In this document: positions 37,984 to 52,193 of the stretch, in pieces
Layout: every line of letters starts with the position of its first letter
Numbering within the stretch: position 1 is the first letter of the stretch
From: Octopus sinensis
Lineage: Eukaryota
DNA length: 64,000 nucleotides
Assembly (NCBI RefSeq): GCF_006345805.1
Contig: NC_043015.1
Coordinates: forward strand, 40,796,001-40,860,000
Direction of reading: 5' to 3'
The notes under the pieces: model-generated
Seen by the model: only the letters and a program-made list of their open reading frames with translations
Databases searched by the model: none
What the model was told of the DNA's origin: nothing
Made by a program: the position numbers and the translations under genes

Positions 37984-38064
37984 CTCATCTTTTCCCAGTA
38001 AAACTTTCGATGAGACAAAAGGGTTTCTCTGTGAATCAACCACATTCTCTGGAGAGAGTCGAAT
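37984..38064 (-). CDS. PSMG3: PSMG3 exon 3
   Basis: CAACAG acceptor; IRLSPENVVDSQRNPFVSSKVLLGKDE (KVLLG.DE motif); donor GTAAGA; 81 nt, phase 0. Confidence 0.93.
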
Positions 38065-38419
38065 CTGTTGGGATAAAGAGAAAGTACGTTAGTCAAGCAG
38101 CTGGATCTAATCATTAGAGGAGTTAATTATAAATGGAAATGGGGTAACTGAGAGGAGTATGAGAGGTGGGAGAGAAGATTGTGGAAGGACTGAAGTAAAG
38201 TAAAATTAAATAAGATATTACAATGACCAGTGACCTTTGGAGATTATGCTGTGCTTGAGAAGACCCGACAAGCCAAGTGAGACCATAACCCGTGGCCTAT
38301 GCCAGTGGGTGTAACCAGCCCACTTATGAGTACCCTTCGTTCATCGGACAATAAACTTTGCTTGCGAAGACCTGTTGAGGCAAGTGAAATCAAAATCGCT
38401 GACGTGGCCAATGACAATA

Positions 38420-38750
38420 CCGCTTGATTGGCATTTGTGCCAGTGGAACGTTAAAAGCAGCATCCAAGCGTGATCGCTACCAGGACCGCTGACTGGCTCA
38501 TGTGCCGGTGGCACGTAAAAAGCACAATTCGAGCACGGTTGCTGCCAGTGCCACCAGACTGGCTCCCTTGCAGGTGGCACATAAAAAACACCATTTGAGC
38601 GTGGCCGTCACCAGTACCACCTGACTGGCCCTTGTGCCGGAGGCATATAAAAGCACCCACTACACTCTTGGAGTGGTTGGTATTAGGAAGGCATCCAGCT
38701 GTAGAAACTTTGCCAGATTGGATTGGAGCCTGGTGCAGCCTTCTGGCTCA
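38420..38750 (+). mobile_element. SINE-like repeat with ~4 internal tandem subunits (GTGCCGGTGGCACGTAAAAAGCAC)
   Basis: Recurrent GGCACGTAAAAAGCAC subunit followed by TTAGGAAGGCATCCAGCTGTAGAAA; related fragments at ~2030-2160, 36880-37020 and 56250-56530. Confidence 0.6.
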
Positions 38751-39413
38751 GCCTGGAGTTGGAGCCCGGTCATAATAATAATAATAACAAGACAGTGAGC
38801 TGGCAGAATCGTAAGCACACCGAGAGAAATGCTTAATGATATTTCATCTTAAGGCAGGCGAGCTGGCAGAAACGTTAGCACGCCGGGCGAAATGCTTAGC
38901 GGTATTTCGTCTGCGTTACGTTGTGAGTTCAAATTCTGCCAAGGTCGACTTTGCCTTTCATCCTTTTGGGGTCGATTAAATAAGTACCAGTTACGCACTA
39001 GGGTTGATATAATCGACTTAATCAGTTTGTCCTCTCGTGGACAAAGAAATAGGTATTTCGTCTGTCTTTACATTCTGAGGTCAACAATGCCTTTCATCCT
39101 TTTGGGGTCGATAAATTAAGTACCAGTTTCATACTGGGGTCGATCTAATTGACTGGCCTCCTCCCCAGAAATTTCGGGCCTTGTGCCTAGAGTAGAAAAG
39201 AATAATAATAATAATCCAGAGCACACAACTACAGACACTTCCTCTTAGGCACAATACAGAGTTGTCTAAAGACATTAACCATATTTGCAGTTAACGAAGT
39301 GCACCAATAGTGCAATTAGCCTCCCGTGGGTGTTGGGGAAGGGGAAGAATAGTGTGGACCTAACAGGGCCCTTCAAAATAGGGGTGCTGATGACATGAGA
39401 AACAGATACTTAC

Positions 39414-39515
39414 CAATGTTCCAATTTTCATGTATTGTGTGACTATCAGGAAGATGTAATCCTCGTAGGAGCTGCACACCACTTCTGTCTGGTTGCCATT
39501 GATTTCAGCTGATGC
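39414..39515 (-). CDS. PSMG3: PSMG3 exon 2
   Basis: TTGCAG acceptor; ASAEINGNQTEVVCSSYEDYIFLIVTQYMKIGTL (VTQ..K.GTL motif); donor GTAAGT; 102 nt. Confidence 0.94.
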
Positions 39516-39609
39516 CTGCAAGAATGGTAAGAATAATAATTAATAATTAATGGTAATAGTAATTAATAATAGTTCTCTTTATGCATGTGTGGGAGGGGTG
39601 GTGGATATT

Positions 39610-40201
39610 TTACTTGTTTCAGTTATTAGACTGTGGCCATGCTGGGGCAATGCCTTGAAGAATTTCAGCTGAATGAATTGACCCCAGTAATTTTTTGGGG
39701 GAAGGTGGGGGTAAAGCCTGGTACTTATGCTATAGGCCCCTTTTTTGCTGAACTGCTAAGTCACAGGGACATAAACACACCAACATTGTTTATCAAGCAG
39801 TGGTTGGGGACAAACACAAAACTCAATGACACACACTATACATACGTGCAACAGGCTTCTTTCAGTTTCCATTTAGCAAATCCACTCACAAGGTGGTACA
39901 CAGTAGACCTGAACTGGGAACCTTGTGGTTGGGAAGCAAGCATCTTACCACACAGCCACACGTATTCTTTTATTCTTATACTTGTTTCAGTCATTTTGAC
40001 TGTGGCCATGCTGGAGCACGACCTTTAGTCGAACAAATCAACCCCAGGACTTTTTCTTCTGTAAGCCTAGTATTTATTCTATCAGTCTCTTTTGCTGAAC
40101 CACTAAGTTACGGGGACATAAACACACCAGCATCGGTTGTCAAGCGATGGTGGTGGGGACAAACACAAACACACACAAATACATACATACATATATATAT
40201 G

Positions 40202-40242
<41 letters not shown>

Positions 40243-40400
40243 GATGGACTTCATTCAGTTTCCGACAACCCCATCCACTCACAAGGCTTTGGTTGGCCCG
40301 AGGCTATATTAGAAGACACTCGCCAAAGTGCCATGTAGTGGGACTGAACCCAGAGCCATGCGGTTGGGAAGCAAGCCTCTTACCACACAGCCACTCCTGT
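39610..40400 (-). mobile_element. Two tandem SINE family A copies in PSMG3 intron 1
   Basis: Reverse-complement consensus at ~39610-39962 and ~39978-40400. Confidence 0.82.
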
Positions 40401-43400
40401 GCCTTGTATATATATTTATATATAATATACACAGACATTTCAAAAGTAGATAGAAAAGGTATTATGCTTTAAAAAAAAACAATAAGTCTTGGGGTTAATT
40501 CATTCAACTAAAATTCTTTAAGGTGCTCCAGCATGGCCGTAGTCTAATGACTGAAACAAGACAAAAGACCTGCATACACATTAATACACACACACACACT
40601 CATAAATAATGCACACAAAGCAATACACATACAGACAGAAAGACACTCAGATACACACATACAACATTACACACACACACACACACGTGTAGAGAGAAGA
40701 AACACTTACAGATGTTGATAAACACACCCAAAGTGAGAGAGAGAGAGAGAGAGAGAGAAAAGAGTTTCATTAAACAAATTAAAGTGGGGGGGGAGCAACA
40801 ACAAGGACAATCAAACAAAAACAACAATGAAACAACCAAAAACATACAAAGGATATACATACCACAACAGTACACACACACACGTGTGCTCATACACACA
40901 CACACACACACACAACCATAATCACTTTCAAAGTTATAACGAGATTTTAATCAGTGGTGGCTGAAGTTGCTGGAAATAACAGCCAAATCTCCCTCAAATC
41001 AAACACAACCGACTTAAAAATGGAGACTGGACAATAGGGTTGTTGATGTACAAAAGACCAAATGGTCACATTCGGAATGTCTTTGACCAATAATCTTGTC
41101 CAATCAGGACTGACTTTGAGCTGGGTAATTACAGGAACATTGGTCAGCTTGCAAGAAACAGCAGCTAAATTTCTTTTGAAATCCATCCAATGTGGAAAAA
41201 ATAAGTATGGGGAAGAACAGACACATTGGATAATGTATTCCGAGGTATCCTATTCCTACTAACAAGATAGGTTAGTCATAGCTGGAAAGTGTTTTACTAA
41301 CCTATCAAGGCTAACCTGGGGCTAAACAAGAACAACAACAGGAACAGGAACACAGAATCCAGGATTGGTTTGAAGGAAATCTTGATAAAAAAATGCTAAG
41401 TAGTTTGACAAATAACGATAAACAACAATAATATCCTGTGTTTGGGGATGTTGGATGGTCAAGAGTTATGAATAAGAGGACCCAACCTTTGTTTCGTTAA
41501 TAAGGCTACAATAACAGACAGACAGACATCATTCTCTGAATGTAGTCTGGTTATTCAGACAGCGGTCATTGGATCTTTACCTTTGGAATGAAGCCACAAC
41601 AACAATAGCCATAACAACCACAAACAAACACTGTATCCTCTTGAGAAAAAAAAAAACAAAGTCTAGTTATTCAGACATCGGTCAGTGATGGCCAGATAGA
41701 CAGCAGCTGCAAGTAAGGTGACCCAGCTTGTGTTTCTTCACAACAGTCAAAGTAACAACAACAACTCTAGCAACAAACACACAGACCATTCTTGAAGCAC
41801 AGCCTGGTAATTTGGACACCGGTCAACGGATCTTTAACAGCTACAGGTTCTAAAATCACAACAACAATAACACTGCTGCAATGAGCAACAGTTTTTTTTT
41901 TTAAATGGCCAAATAATAATAAGTAAATTCTTAGAAGTGACTGGTTACTGTCCTAATATGACAATATAACCGGTACATGCAGGATCGGTCACCAACACAG
42001 GTCAGCTGGAGGGAGTGACAAACAAAAAAAAAAAAAGTAGGATTTGAACCAGCAAAGGTTGACACTGTGAAAAGCATCTTGACCCACGTCTCAAAAGGTC
42101 ACATTTTTTCCTGTGTACGAAGATCGAACCTGTTGTGTCGGTGACTAGAGCCGAAGACCGAAACCATGTTGACCCGAATGTTAGCAGCAAAACTGGAAAG
42201 GAAGAAACAGAAGGAGTTGGAGAGGTGAGAAATTCTTCCTCCTCTTTTCACCGTTATTGTTGTTGCATAGGCACAGGTTACCTCGATCCAGCAGTGCTAT
42301 GATCTGAAGCGGTCCAGCTGTGACCATCCTGTCTTTTTCTTTTACGTCCTTGGATTATATAATCTAATATAGTCATCAGTTTTTTTTTTCTTTTACCCTT
42401 TTAGCATTTAAAGTCATATCTCATCCACTTTGGTTATGTTCAAACCAGCCAGCTCCAACCTCTTACACCTACCCTACAATGTCATCCGAAAAATAAACAA
42501 TCACATAAAAATCTTGAAGCTATGGGATTATCCATGATTATCCATGATTAATTCAAAACAACACGAATAAAAAAAAAAGGCATTACATTGGACAGAGTAA
42601 TCCGAATGTTAAAAGATTAAGATAACAAGCAATGATATGAGGATATACGGCTATTATTTCTAGCAGGTCAATCAACTATGTGGGTGGTGGTTGTCCACAC
42701 AGATTCACAATTTTCAGCTTAATTTACTTCACTCTCTCTCTCTTAATTACTGTTGTGGTTGTACAGGTAACAGGTAGTTGATTGCAGGTAAAAATTTAAT
42801 CATACAGGATTCAAACTCAGAACATACAGGGACATAACTAAATCACACACACACAAAGACAGACAAAACTTTCTCACCCTCACACACACATAAAGAGTTC
42901 TGGTGACTAAAAAGTCTCATCTGTAGAATTTACCATTCACCAAGAGAAAGGTGTCATTGTTTTTTTTTTATTGATGACAGACAAGACTGATTGACCTTTT
43001 ATTCATTTTAACACTGACCTCTAACATATTAAAGATGTGTCTAAGTGTAGGCATATATGTATGTATGTATGTGAGTGTATGTATGTATGTATGTATGTAT
43101 GTATGTATGTGAGTGTGTGTGATCATTGCCAGTTGTTTAAATTGAAACATTGTCAATAACACTGCTGCTGCCACTTCTATTTCCACTACAGTCACCACCA
43201 TCATTTCTGTAACTACTACCACCACCAACAAGGATACCTGCATGTGGTTCCTTGTTCTGCTAGAAAGAACAGCTAAATTCCTCCCAACCCACACAGCACA
43301 TCACCATCTTCAAACTGAATCTGTACATCGTCTGATAAAAGTCTCGTCTGTAGAATAACTAGATGAGTCTAGTTATTCGGACATTGGTCAGTGATGGCCA

Positions 43401-45903
43401 GATAGACAGAAGCTGCAAGTAAGGTGACCCCAGCTTGTGTTTCTTCAAGACGGTCGCAATAACAACAACTCTAGCAACAAACACACAGACCAGGGAAGGA
43501 ATGGCTGTAGATGGAACATTTCAATCACAGATTTGCTTGTCAGTTGTTTGACCTTAACCAGTTGAGCATGTCCCCTAGTGGCTGACAATATGTGCATCTC
43601 TGATCACGAATAGGAGCAGTGGGGGAGCATCGTAGCCATGTGTTGAGAGGAATTCTTTAGGGTTTGGATAATTCACTTCTGGAAACATGGATGTGTCGTT
43701 CAACATCCTTAAACAACCCTTATTCAGGGACCTTTTGAGCTGAATGGAAATACGAACCTGAAGAAAATTCGAACTGGGCCCCACCTGCAAGGTCACCCAC
43801 TGTCTATCTTGGTACGAGATCACCATGTCGCACAGATATGGTTGTGATGCATGTGCCTGGGCTTTGTATATTTTACCCCAGTGTCACTTTGATGGCATGC
43901 ACTACTCTTTCACTCAATAACAATAATAGTTTCAAATTTTTCCACAAGGACAACAGTTTTGAGGGAAAGGGCTGAGTTAATTACATTCACCCCAGTATTC
44001 AACTGGTTCTTATTTTATCGACCCCAGAAAGATGAAAGGTAAAGTTGACCTCGGTGGAATTTGAACTCAGAACGTAGCGGCAGACGAAATACCGCTAAGC
44101 ATTTCATCCAATGCGCTAACAATTCTGCCAGCTTGCCACCTTAATAATAATAATAATATGTATGACATAGAGTCAGCTTGTCTGGGAGCTGACCTGGGGC
44201 TAAACAGCAACTGGCTGTGTAGCACGGAACAGATTGATTCAGGGTGCTCACCTAGGTTCAAGACTGTAACAATAAGTGAGTGTACAACAGTCAGCCAGCT
44301 TGACTAAGAAGTGACTTTGGATTAAACAACACCCGGTTATGTGGCACAGAGCAGCCTAACTAGACAAACAGACAGACAGATGTAAAACAAAGACATCTTG
44401 TAATACAAAAGTTCAAAGTTCATCTAAGACTACTCCAGACAAACAAGCTTTTTACAGCAAATTCACATCCCAACATACACACATATATTTGCATGCACTA
44501 CACACCCATCTACAGTAACGAGTATTAATTAAGCAGAACATGGAAGGTGAGAGGTTGGGGGGTCAGGTGGTGTTATTTAGTCCAATTCCCAAAATATACT
44601 CCACCCCCAACACAACAATCCCATTACTATAATAGACTAACACCATCACAACTACAGATACTTTTAAAACCCAATATCACAAACACGCCACTGACATTAC
44701 TACTACAACACCAACACACCATTAGAGACTACCACCCATACAGTGGAATATTATGGCACAATATATATTCCAGCGTTTATTATTATTTGTATTATTTTTG
44801 TTTTTTGGCAAATACACACCATAACCATTTCCCTAGGGTTCGGTTGGTCTACTGTCCCCTATGAAGTGTGACCAGAACAAAAGTATAAAAGACCCCAGAA
44901 ACAAAGAGAGGCACCAGCCAAACAGACAATGAAGAATTTACTGAGGCATAGCAATGAGTCACCAACCATCACCACCGCAGCAACCCACAGGGGGTGACTA
45001 ATTTGGAAGAGAGAGAGAGAGAGGCTGTCCCACCTACATCACACCCGTCGACCCTAGATTACTGTCACTGGACAGGAAACTCATTTCTAAACAATGTCCA
45101 ATGTTGGTACATCTTACAGGAAGTGGGGAGATGTTGTGATGTTCATGCTCTTGCCAACCGTGTAATATGACTGCAATGAGAGTGGAATCCCCACATTGAT
45201 GGGTAAAAGGCTACAAATGTTGGGAAAAGGTGCAGGGCCCCTTGCAACACTTAAACTTAACTTTTATAGATTATGGGTCTCCAACTACCAGAGGTATGGA
45301 AGCCAAAACTTGACATAATTATTTCTAACATTGATCACAAAAACAATAAGATTATTGTTTTTGGTGGAAGGGGAGGGAGTGAGCTTCAGAAAAACGAAAT
45401 ACAAAACAAAACAGCAAAGAAGAAACAGTGGTGATGGAGGGGATTACATGATGCAAACGAGTGAAGACTATAATAAATGCATGTTCATGAATGACAAATA
45501 ACAATGGTACTATAGAACAATAGAACAAGGCAGTGAGCTAGCAGAAACGTTAGCACGCTGGGCCAAATGCTTAGCAGTATTTCGTCTGCCGTTAAGTTTT
45601 GAGTTCAAATTCTGCCGAGGTCGACTTTGCTTTTCATCCTTTCAGGGTTGATAAATTAAGTACCAGTTGCATACTGGGGTTGATCTAATTGACTGCAACC
45701 CCACCACTCCCCCAAAAATTTCTGGCCTTGTTCCTAGAGTAGAAAAGAATATAGGACAATAGCTAGCAACAACAAAGGATCCCCTGTCTATTGTTTTATA
45801 TAATCATTGTTTAACTTGGTGTAGTTAAATGGGTCTATCCTGTGGGGTTGTAGGGTCGTAGCAAAACCCGACAGAGGACACAATATGTCAAAGTAATCCA
45901 AAC

Positions 45904-46287
45904 TTACTCTTTACTCTTTTACTTGTTTCAGTCATTTGACTGTGGCCATGCTGGAGCACCGCCTTTAGTCGAACAAATCGACCCCAGGACTTATTCTTTG
46001 TAAGCCTAGTACTTATTCTATCGGTCTCTTTTGCTGAACCGCTAAGTGACGGAGACGTAAACACACCAGCATCGGTTGTCAAGCGATGTTGGCAGGACAA
46101 ACACAGACACACACACACATATATATATATATACGATGGGCTTCTTTCAGTTTCCGTCTACCAAATCCACCCACAAGGCTTTGGTCGGCCCGAGGCTATA
46201 GTAGAAGACACTTGCCCAAGGTGCCATGCAGTGGGACTGAACCCGGAAGCATGTGGTTGGTAAGCAAGCTACTTACCACACAGCCAC
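45904..46287 (-). mobile_element. SINE family A
   Basis: Full reverse-complement consensus. Confidence 0.88.
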
Positions 46288-47054
46288 TGTAGAGTACCCT
46301 AAATCAGCCAATGTGGTTGAACCTTTCCCTCTTTTTTTGGAAGGGGCTCCATTATTGTTGTTAGCTATTTGTTTTATATTATCCGTATTTTCCCTTAACG
46401 TGTATTTTTTTTCTTTTTTGTCGACTTCACTATTTTACCTCATGCACACACCTCACCTGTTTCTTCTTTGCTGTTTTACTGTGTGTTTGACCTTTCTGAT
46501 GTTCCTCCCTTCAATAAAAATAATCCTTTCTGTTATAGGCACAAGGCCAGAAATTTTTTTTGGGGGGGGACAGGGTTAGTCGATTGCATTGATCCCAGTG
46601 CGTAACTGGTACTTATTTTATCGACCCCGAAAGTGTGAGAGGCAAAGTAGACCTCAGTGGAATTTGAACTCAGAAAGTAAAAACAGATGAAATGCTACAA
46701 ACGATTCTGCTAGCTTAACGCCTTAATAATAATAATAACAGTAATAATAATAATAATAATATTGGTTTCAAATTTTGGCACAAGGCCAGCAATTTCGGGG
46801 GAGGGGAAGTCGACGATATCAACCGAAAGGTAAAGTTGACTGGGGTGGAATTTGAACCCAGAACATAAAGGTGGACGAAATACCACTAAGCATTTTGCCC
46901 AGCATTGTAACGATTCTGCCAGCTCGCCGCCTTAAATAATAAAAATAATATCAATAATAATAATCCTCACAAGGCCTGAAATTTTGCAGAAACAGCAGCA
47001 AACTACTCGCGTCTCATTTTATTTTAATAACCATTACTACTTCTATCATAATTC

Positions 47055-47217
47055 CCGTATTTTAACGTGCATAAGGAACCCTTTTTTGTCACAAATTAGG
47101 ATTTAAAAATATGGCAGTTTCTTATACACGGATAGTATTATAATCCCTTAAAAAACCTTTTTTTCCAAATTTTAAGTCCCCAAAATTAGGGGATTCTTTA
47201 TACACGTTAAGATACGG
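47055..47217. mobile_element. Short pogo-like MITE
   Basis: TIRs CCGTATTTTAACGTGCATAAGGAACCC / GGGATTCTTTATACACGTTAAGATACGG followed by TA. Confidence 0.65.
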
Positions 47218-48033
47218 TACTACTAAAGGTCAAATTTAATATGCTATGTTACCTCACCGAAACGGCCTAAACTTTAATGCTCTCTTCGATATGCCCAATG
47301 CCTCCTTAGGGGCAGTACCCTCCGCGTTTGAGAACCTCTAGTTTAGTCGAACAAATTGGTCCCAGTACTTATTCTATCTATATCTTTAGCCGAACTGCTA
47401 AGTTACGGGGACGTAAACAAACCAACACCAGCTTAAAAAAAAAAAACAAACACGCACACATATTCATATACGACGGGCTTGTTTCAGCTTCCGTCTGCTA
47501 AATCCACTGACAAGGCATTTATCGACCCGGGGTTGTTGGACGCAGGACTGCACCCGGAACCATATAGCTGGCCAGCGCCAATATACTTTAACTGTTCCTT
47601 CTGTTGTGTTTGTAAATAATGCTATATCGTTGGCATATACGAAGTGGAGACCGTTCTTCGTTGTATAATAGCTGGACAGTTTGTTTCTTTTCCATGATAC
47701 GTACAGATATTTCAAAGATAATTCATGTGACGGTAGTTCGTCCGTTTTTGCATTCTGAGTTCAAATTCCGCAGAGGTTGACTTTGCTCTTCCTCCTTGAG
47801 CACTGGGGGAGGGGTTCGATGTAACCGACTAGCCTCATCCGTTCAAATTTAAAGAGCTTGCACCCGTGGTACGAAGTATTACGCTGTTTATAAACACGCG
47901 GTGTTCGATACGGTTGCTCCACTTATGTTAAATATGAAGATGGAATAGAGACAGGGAGAAGATGAAAGTTATGGAGAAAGAAGCTGCGGTGGAGAGCAAC
48001 ATCTGGTGGAAATAACAAAGAGCAGAGACGTAC

Positions 48034-48096
48034 CTGTTTGGAGAGAACTGGGAAAGTTTCTGTGGGACCGGCGCCAAATGCTGTGGGAGTCGCCAT
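48034..48096 (-). CDS. PSMG3: PSMG3 exon 1 (coding part)
   Basis: GCAATGG start context; MATPTAFGAGPTETFPVLSKQ; donor CAG|GTACGT, phase 0; full protein 130 aa. Confidence 0.88.
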
Positions 48097-48120
48097 TGCA
48101 AGAGGGGAGCCTTCTGTCGT

Positions 48121-48130
48121 CACTTCCGGT
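48121..48130 (-). promoter_or_regulatory. ETS/GABP motif ACCGGAAGTG at the PSMG3 promoter
   Basis: Perfect consensus ~25 nt upstream of the ATG; typical of housekeeping promoters. Confidence 0.65.
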
Positions 48131-49469
48131 TGCTGAACCGAGAGAGTGAAAAATAACCGACAAAAAAGACAAGAATTCTATGGTAGACCGACACTGTAAC
48201 AATATTATTCGCATTATAATATAAAGAAACTATTTTATGACGAACTCCAGCCAATACGACAAATACTTCCAGAGAGGCCAGAAAAGTCGCCTCAAAGTTA
48301 TTCTAAAAGCCTTCAGCATCAGCCATAACAGACTGAGTATTATTGTTCAGGACAGGCAAGCAAAAGCATAGAGGTTAGCTTGCCTGCTGATGCGATATCA
48401 TTTTGGAAATCAAGGAGAAAGAGGACAACAACGGACAACTGTTTCCAAACCTTCGACTTCTATATCCAGATTATAAATTCCCGTTTATATAAATAATAAT
48501 TCGTGTATTTGGTTTTGTAGATAAATACCTAAGTGAGAATTTGGATAAGCTAGTGTTTCCAAGAAGAAAAAAAATCAACCTGTTGATTTGCACAATCTGT
48601 AAGCGGAACAGTTAAAATATGCAAGACTTTTCTCAAGTTTAAAATGTGAATTTGTTTTTGTTATCGAGATTCCAACTATGGAATTTTGTATCTTTGTTAG
48701 AAACCGGTCCCTTCTTTCGAGAACATTTCAAATAAGGGGGGGGGAGTACATTTATAAATATACTCCAAAACTATGAGCAGAAAGAGCGTCCACATATTCT
48801 CAGCCACCTTTGAAAATCTTGTTCCTTTATTTCAGCCCCCACCGGGCCTTGATGACCATTTTCTATATAGTCGTAAGGACAATACAGAAGCAGTCCGAGG
48901 TCACGTCCCTCTGCTACCTCGGGCCGTCCATACTATAACTTGACCACTTCACTGACCTTCCAGCAACAACCGAAGCACGTGGCCCACTTGTCACCATCAT
49001 CAAGTTATCTTTTACCTTTTACTTGTTTCAGTCAGCGACCATGCTGGGGCAACGCATGGAAGAAATTTTAATCGGATGAATCGACCCCGGGGCTTACTTT
49101 TTTACGCCTGGTACTTATTCTATCGGTGTCTTTTGTCGACCCGCTAAGTTACTAGGAGGAAAACACACCTACACCGGTTGTCAATCGGTAGTGGGGGACA
49201 AACACGTACACAAAGACACACACACATATACGACGGGCTTCTTTCAGTTTCCGTCAACCAAATCCACTCACGAGGCTTTGGTTGGCCCGAAGCTATAATA
49301 GAAGGCACTTACTGAAGGTGCCACGCAGTGGGATTATGGTAAATTCTTTTCGGTCTTGGACCATGCCATTGCTCACCAAATTCTTTCATTTGTTCTCCGG
49401 GAGTCTTCGTAATACTTCATTTTCAAATACTCTAAAACGATTGACTATATATTGTTAGCTATACCGTGA

Positions 49470-50295
49470 CTTCTGTTGTGTCTGGGGAGAGTCATTTTCT
49501 TTTTATGCCTTATGATTTAACACACTCACCGGTAAAATTTCCACTTTTTTCTTATTTTTATTGTCCTACAACAGAATATGCTTCAACACACGAACTCATA
49601 TAAAGAATCTTACAAACCAAATCCAAAAACGAAGTATACCGTGACTCACTTCCACAAACTAAAACATTTGTATATAATATAATTATATAATTATCGATTA
49701 ATTATTTAAATTAACAAATAAATAAATAAAAATATGAAAAAATTCTAATACAATAGAACTAAATGCATGTGTGTGTGTGGACGAGCATCCTCTATCAATG
49801 AAAAATACAAACGTTGACTAGAATTGGTTGAGTGAATTCCCTTGTGCTGTTTGTTCCGTCCGTATAGCACAGTTAATCAGTTGTCTCAATCATCTTAATT
49901 CTTTACTGCCCACAAGGGGCTACACACAGAGGGGACAAACAAGGACAGACAAACGGATTAAGTCGATTATATCGACCCCAGTGCGTAACTGGTACTTATC
50001 GCAAATACAGTGAACAAGTCATTATTCTACTAGAAATCTGTAAACAATTAGAAAATGCAGAGTAAGCAAATGGTACTTCAAGAAGGAAGAAAAGAAACCA
50101 AAACTATTGAAAAGTTTGCAAGATGCAACGAAAATTTTAGGGAAATAAAAATAAGAAAAAAAAAGTGGAAATTTTACCGGTGTGTGTGTTAGATTATTAG
50201 GCAAAAAAAAGAAAATGACTCTCCCCAGACACAACAGAATATGCTTCAACACACGAACTCATATAAAGAATCTTGCAAACCAAATCCAAAAACCG
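49470..50295. repeat. Rearranged direct and inverted pieces of a Penelope-like repeat family also present at 63720-64000
   Basis: 49472-49570 is the reverse complement of ~50135-50240; 49568-49630 is directly repeated at 50232-50292. Confidence 0.65.
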
Positions 50296-51665
50296 AAAAA
50301 AGTCTCGGCGAAAAAGCTCTTCGTCACTTTTGTTCTACCATACATAATCCTCCAATCATTATCGTCTCCGCCGTCGCCTACATAATAAAGCGTATTTGTG
50401 TGTGTGTGTGTGTGTGTGTGTATGCGTGCGTATTGTTATGTGTGTGTGTGTGTGTTCGCGTTTATCAAAGTGTACGTGTAGATGTGTGTCTATGTATGTA
50501 TGTGTCCATACGCATAGATGTATGTATGTGTGTGTGTGTGCGTGTGCGTGTGAATTTCAGTTTCGCCAGAGTTTCTCTTCCCTTCGATAAAAAAGTTTGG
50601 TTATGGAGCTTCTGTCGTCTTCTATTCTTACACACAGGATATTTTACTATCACCTCCGACTTTAAACTTGGTACGTAGAAACTATACACATATATATATA
50701 TATATATCTATATATATATAGATGTGTGTGTGTGTATATATTGTGCAATGTATGTTGATGATCCGTTCTGATGAGAGTGAAACTTTGGAAACTTTTTTTC
50801 TGATTGTAATTGAGTTGAATAATTTAATTAATGATGTTGTTGTTGTTATTGTTTAACCCCAGGTATGTTTCAGTTTGATCGATCTGACCTATGATCAGTC
50901 GCTCCCAAGCCATGACCATCCCGCATTTTCTTATGTATGTATGTACGTATATATGTATGTATGTATGTATGTGTGTGTATGTATGTATGTGTATGTATAT
51001 ATATATGTGTGTATATATATATGTGTGTATATATATATGTGTGTATATATATGTGTGTGTATATATATGTGTGTATATATATATATGTATGTATATAATG
51101 TGTATATATATATATGTATGTATATAATGTGTATATATATATATATTTATATTAATATGTGTTGTGTGGATTGTATATATATATGTGTATATATATATGT
51201 GTGTGTGTCTGTGTACTTTAAATTTAGGATGAATACTATATGTATATATACCAAGGACTACATCGTTCAATGTGTCCTTCCTGTATTATGACGGTAGAGT
51301 GTTGATTTCCACTTGTGATTTGACTGCTATTTCCAGCAAGACGAGAGTGGTTTTTGATGAATGTTCTTTGAGGAAACTTCTAACCGAATTTTTTTTTTTT
51401 TTTTGCTTCTGTTTGATCTCCCTTCCCCTCCCCTTCCCTGACTCTCTCTCTCTCTCTTTGCCTTTTTGTTGTCTCTCTCTCTCTCTCCCTCTCTTCCACT
51501 CAAAGACCTAAAAGGTGTTTGCGCCTCTTTCAAAACTAATTTCCAACTGTCATATTCTTTACTCTATGTGTGTCACTACATGTAATATGCACATGTGTGC
51601 GCGCGCGAGTGTATATAACGTATATATACATACATACATACATCATACATACATACATACATACA

Positions 51666-51701
<36 letters not shown>

Positions 51702-51851
51702 TATATTGGTGCCTTGTACCATTTAACTACTTTATATATATATATATATGTTAGAAGAAATGAGGTACTCAGAAATTCGGATGGTTTTATATTTACAGAT
51801 ATTTATTTGTATATTACATGTTTTTATACATCATATAACATATATCATATG

Positions 51852-51905
<54 letters not shown>

Positions 51906-51908
<3 letters not shown>

Positions 51909-52116
51909 AATCAGCCGAAATTGCTAAGATGATCTGGTTCTTGACTGATGACTGAGGGCTTCGAATGTCCCGTCCTGTGGTTCTTGTGTCGTCTCTGTGG
52001 TTGTTTCATGTTCTTGTCCATGTCTGTAATTATTTTTACTGTTTACCTATATATATATATATATAAATGAGTACCTCATTTCTTCTAATATAAAATACCT
52101 GCATCATCTCCAAACC

Positions 52117-52193
<77 letters not shown>

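Noticed and set aside
44860-45037. Hydrophobic mini-ORF exon after a 40-nt intron
   Set aside because: The implied intron is implausibly short and the acceptor tract is a (CT)n microsatellite
50765-50800. CTGATGAGAGT...GGAAAC possible hammerhead
   Set aside because: No stem III, cleavage triplet or stem I partner downstream
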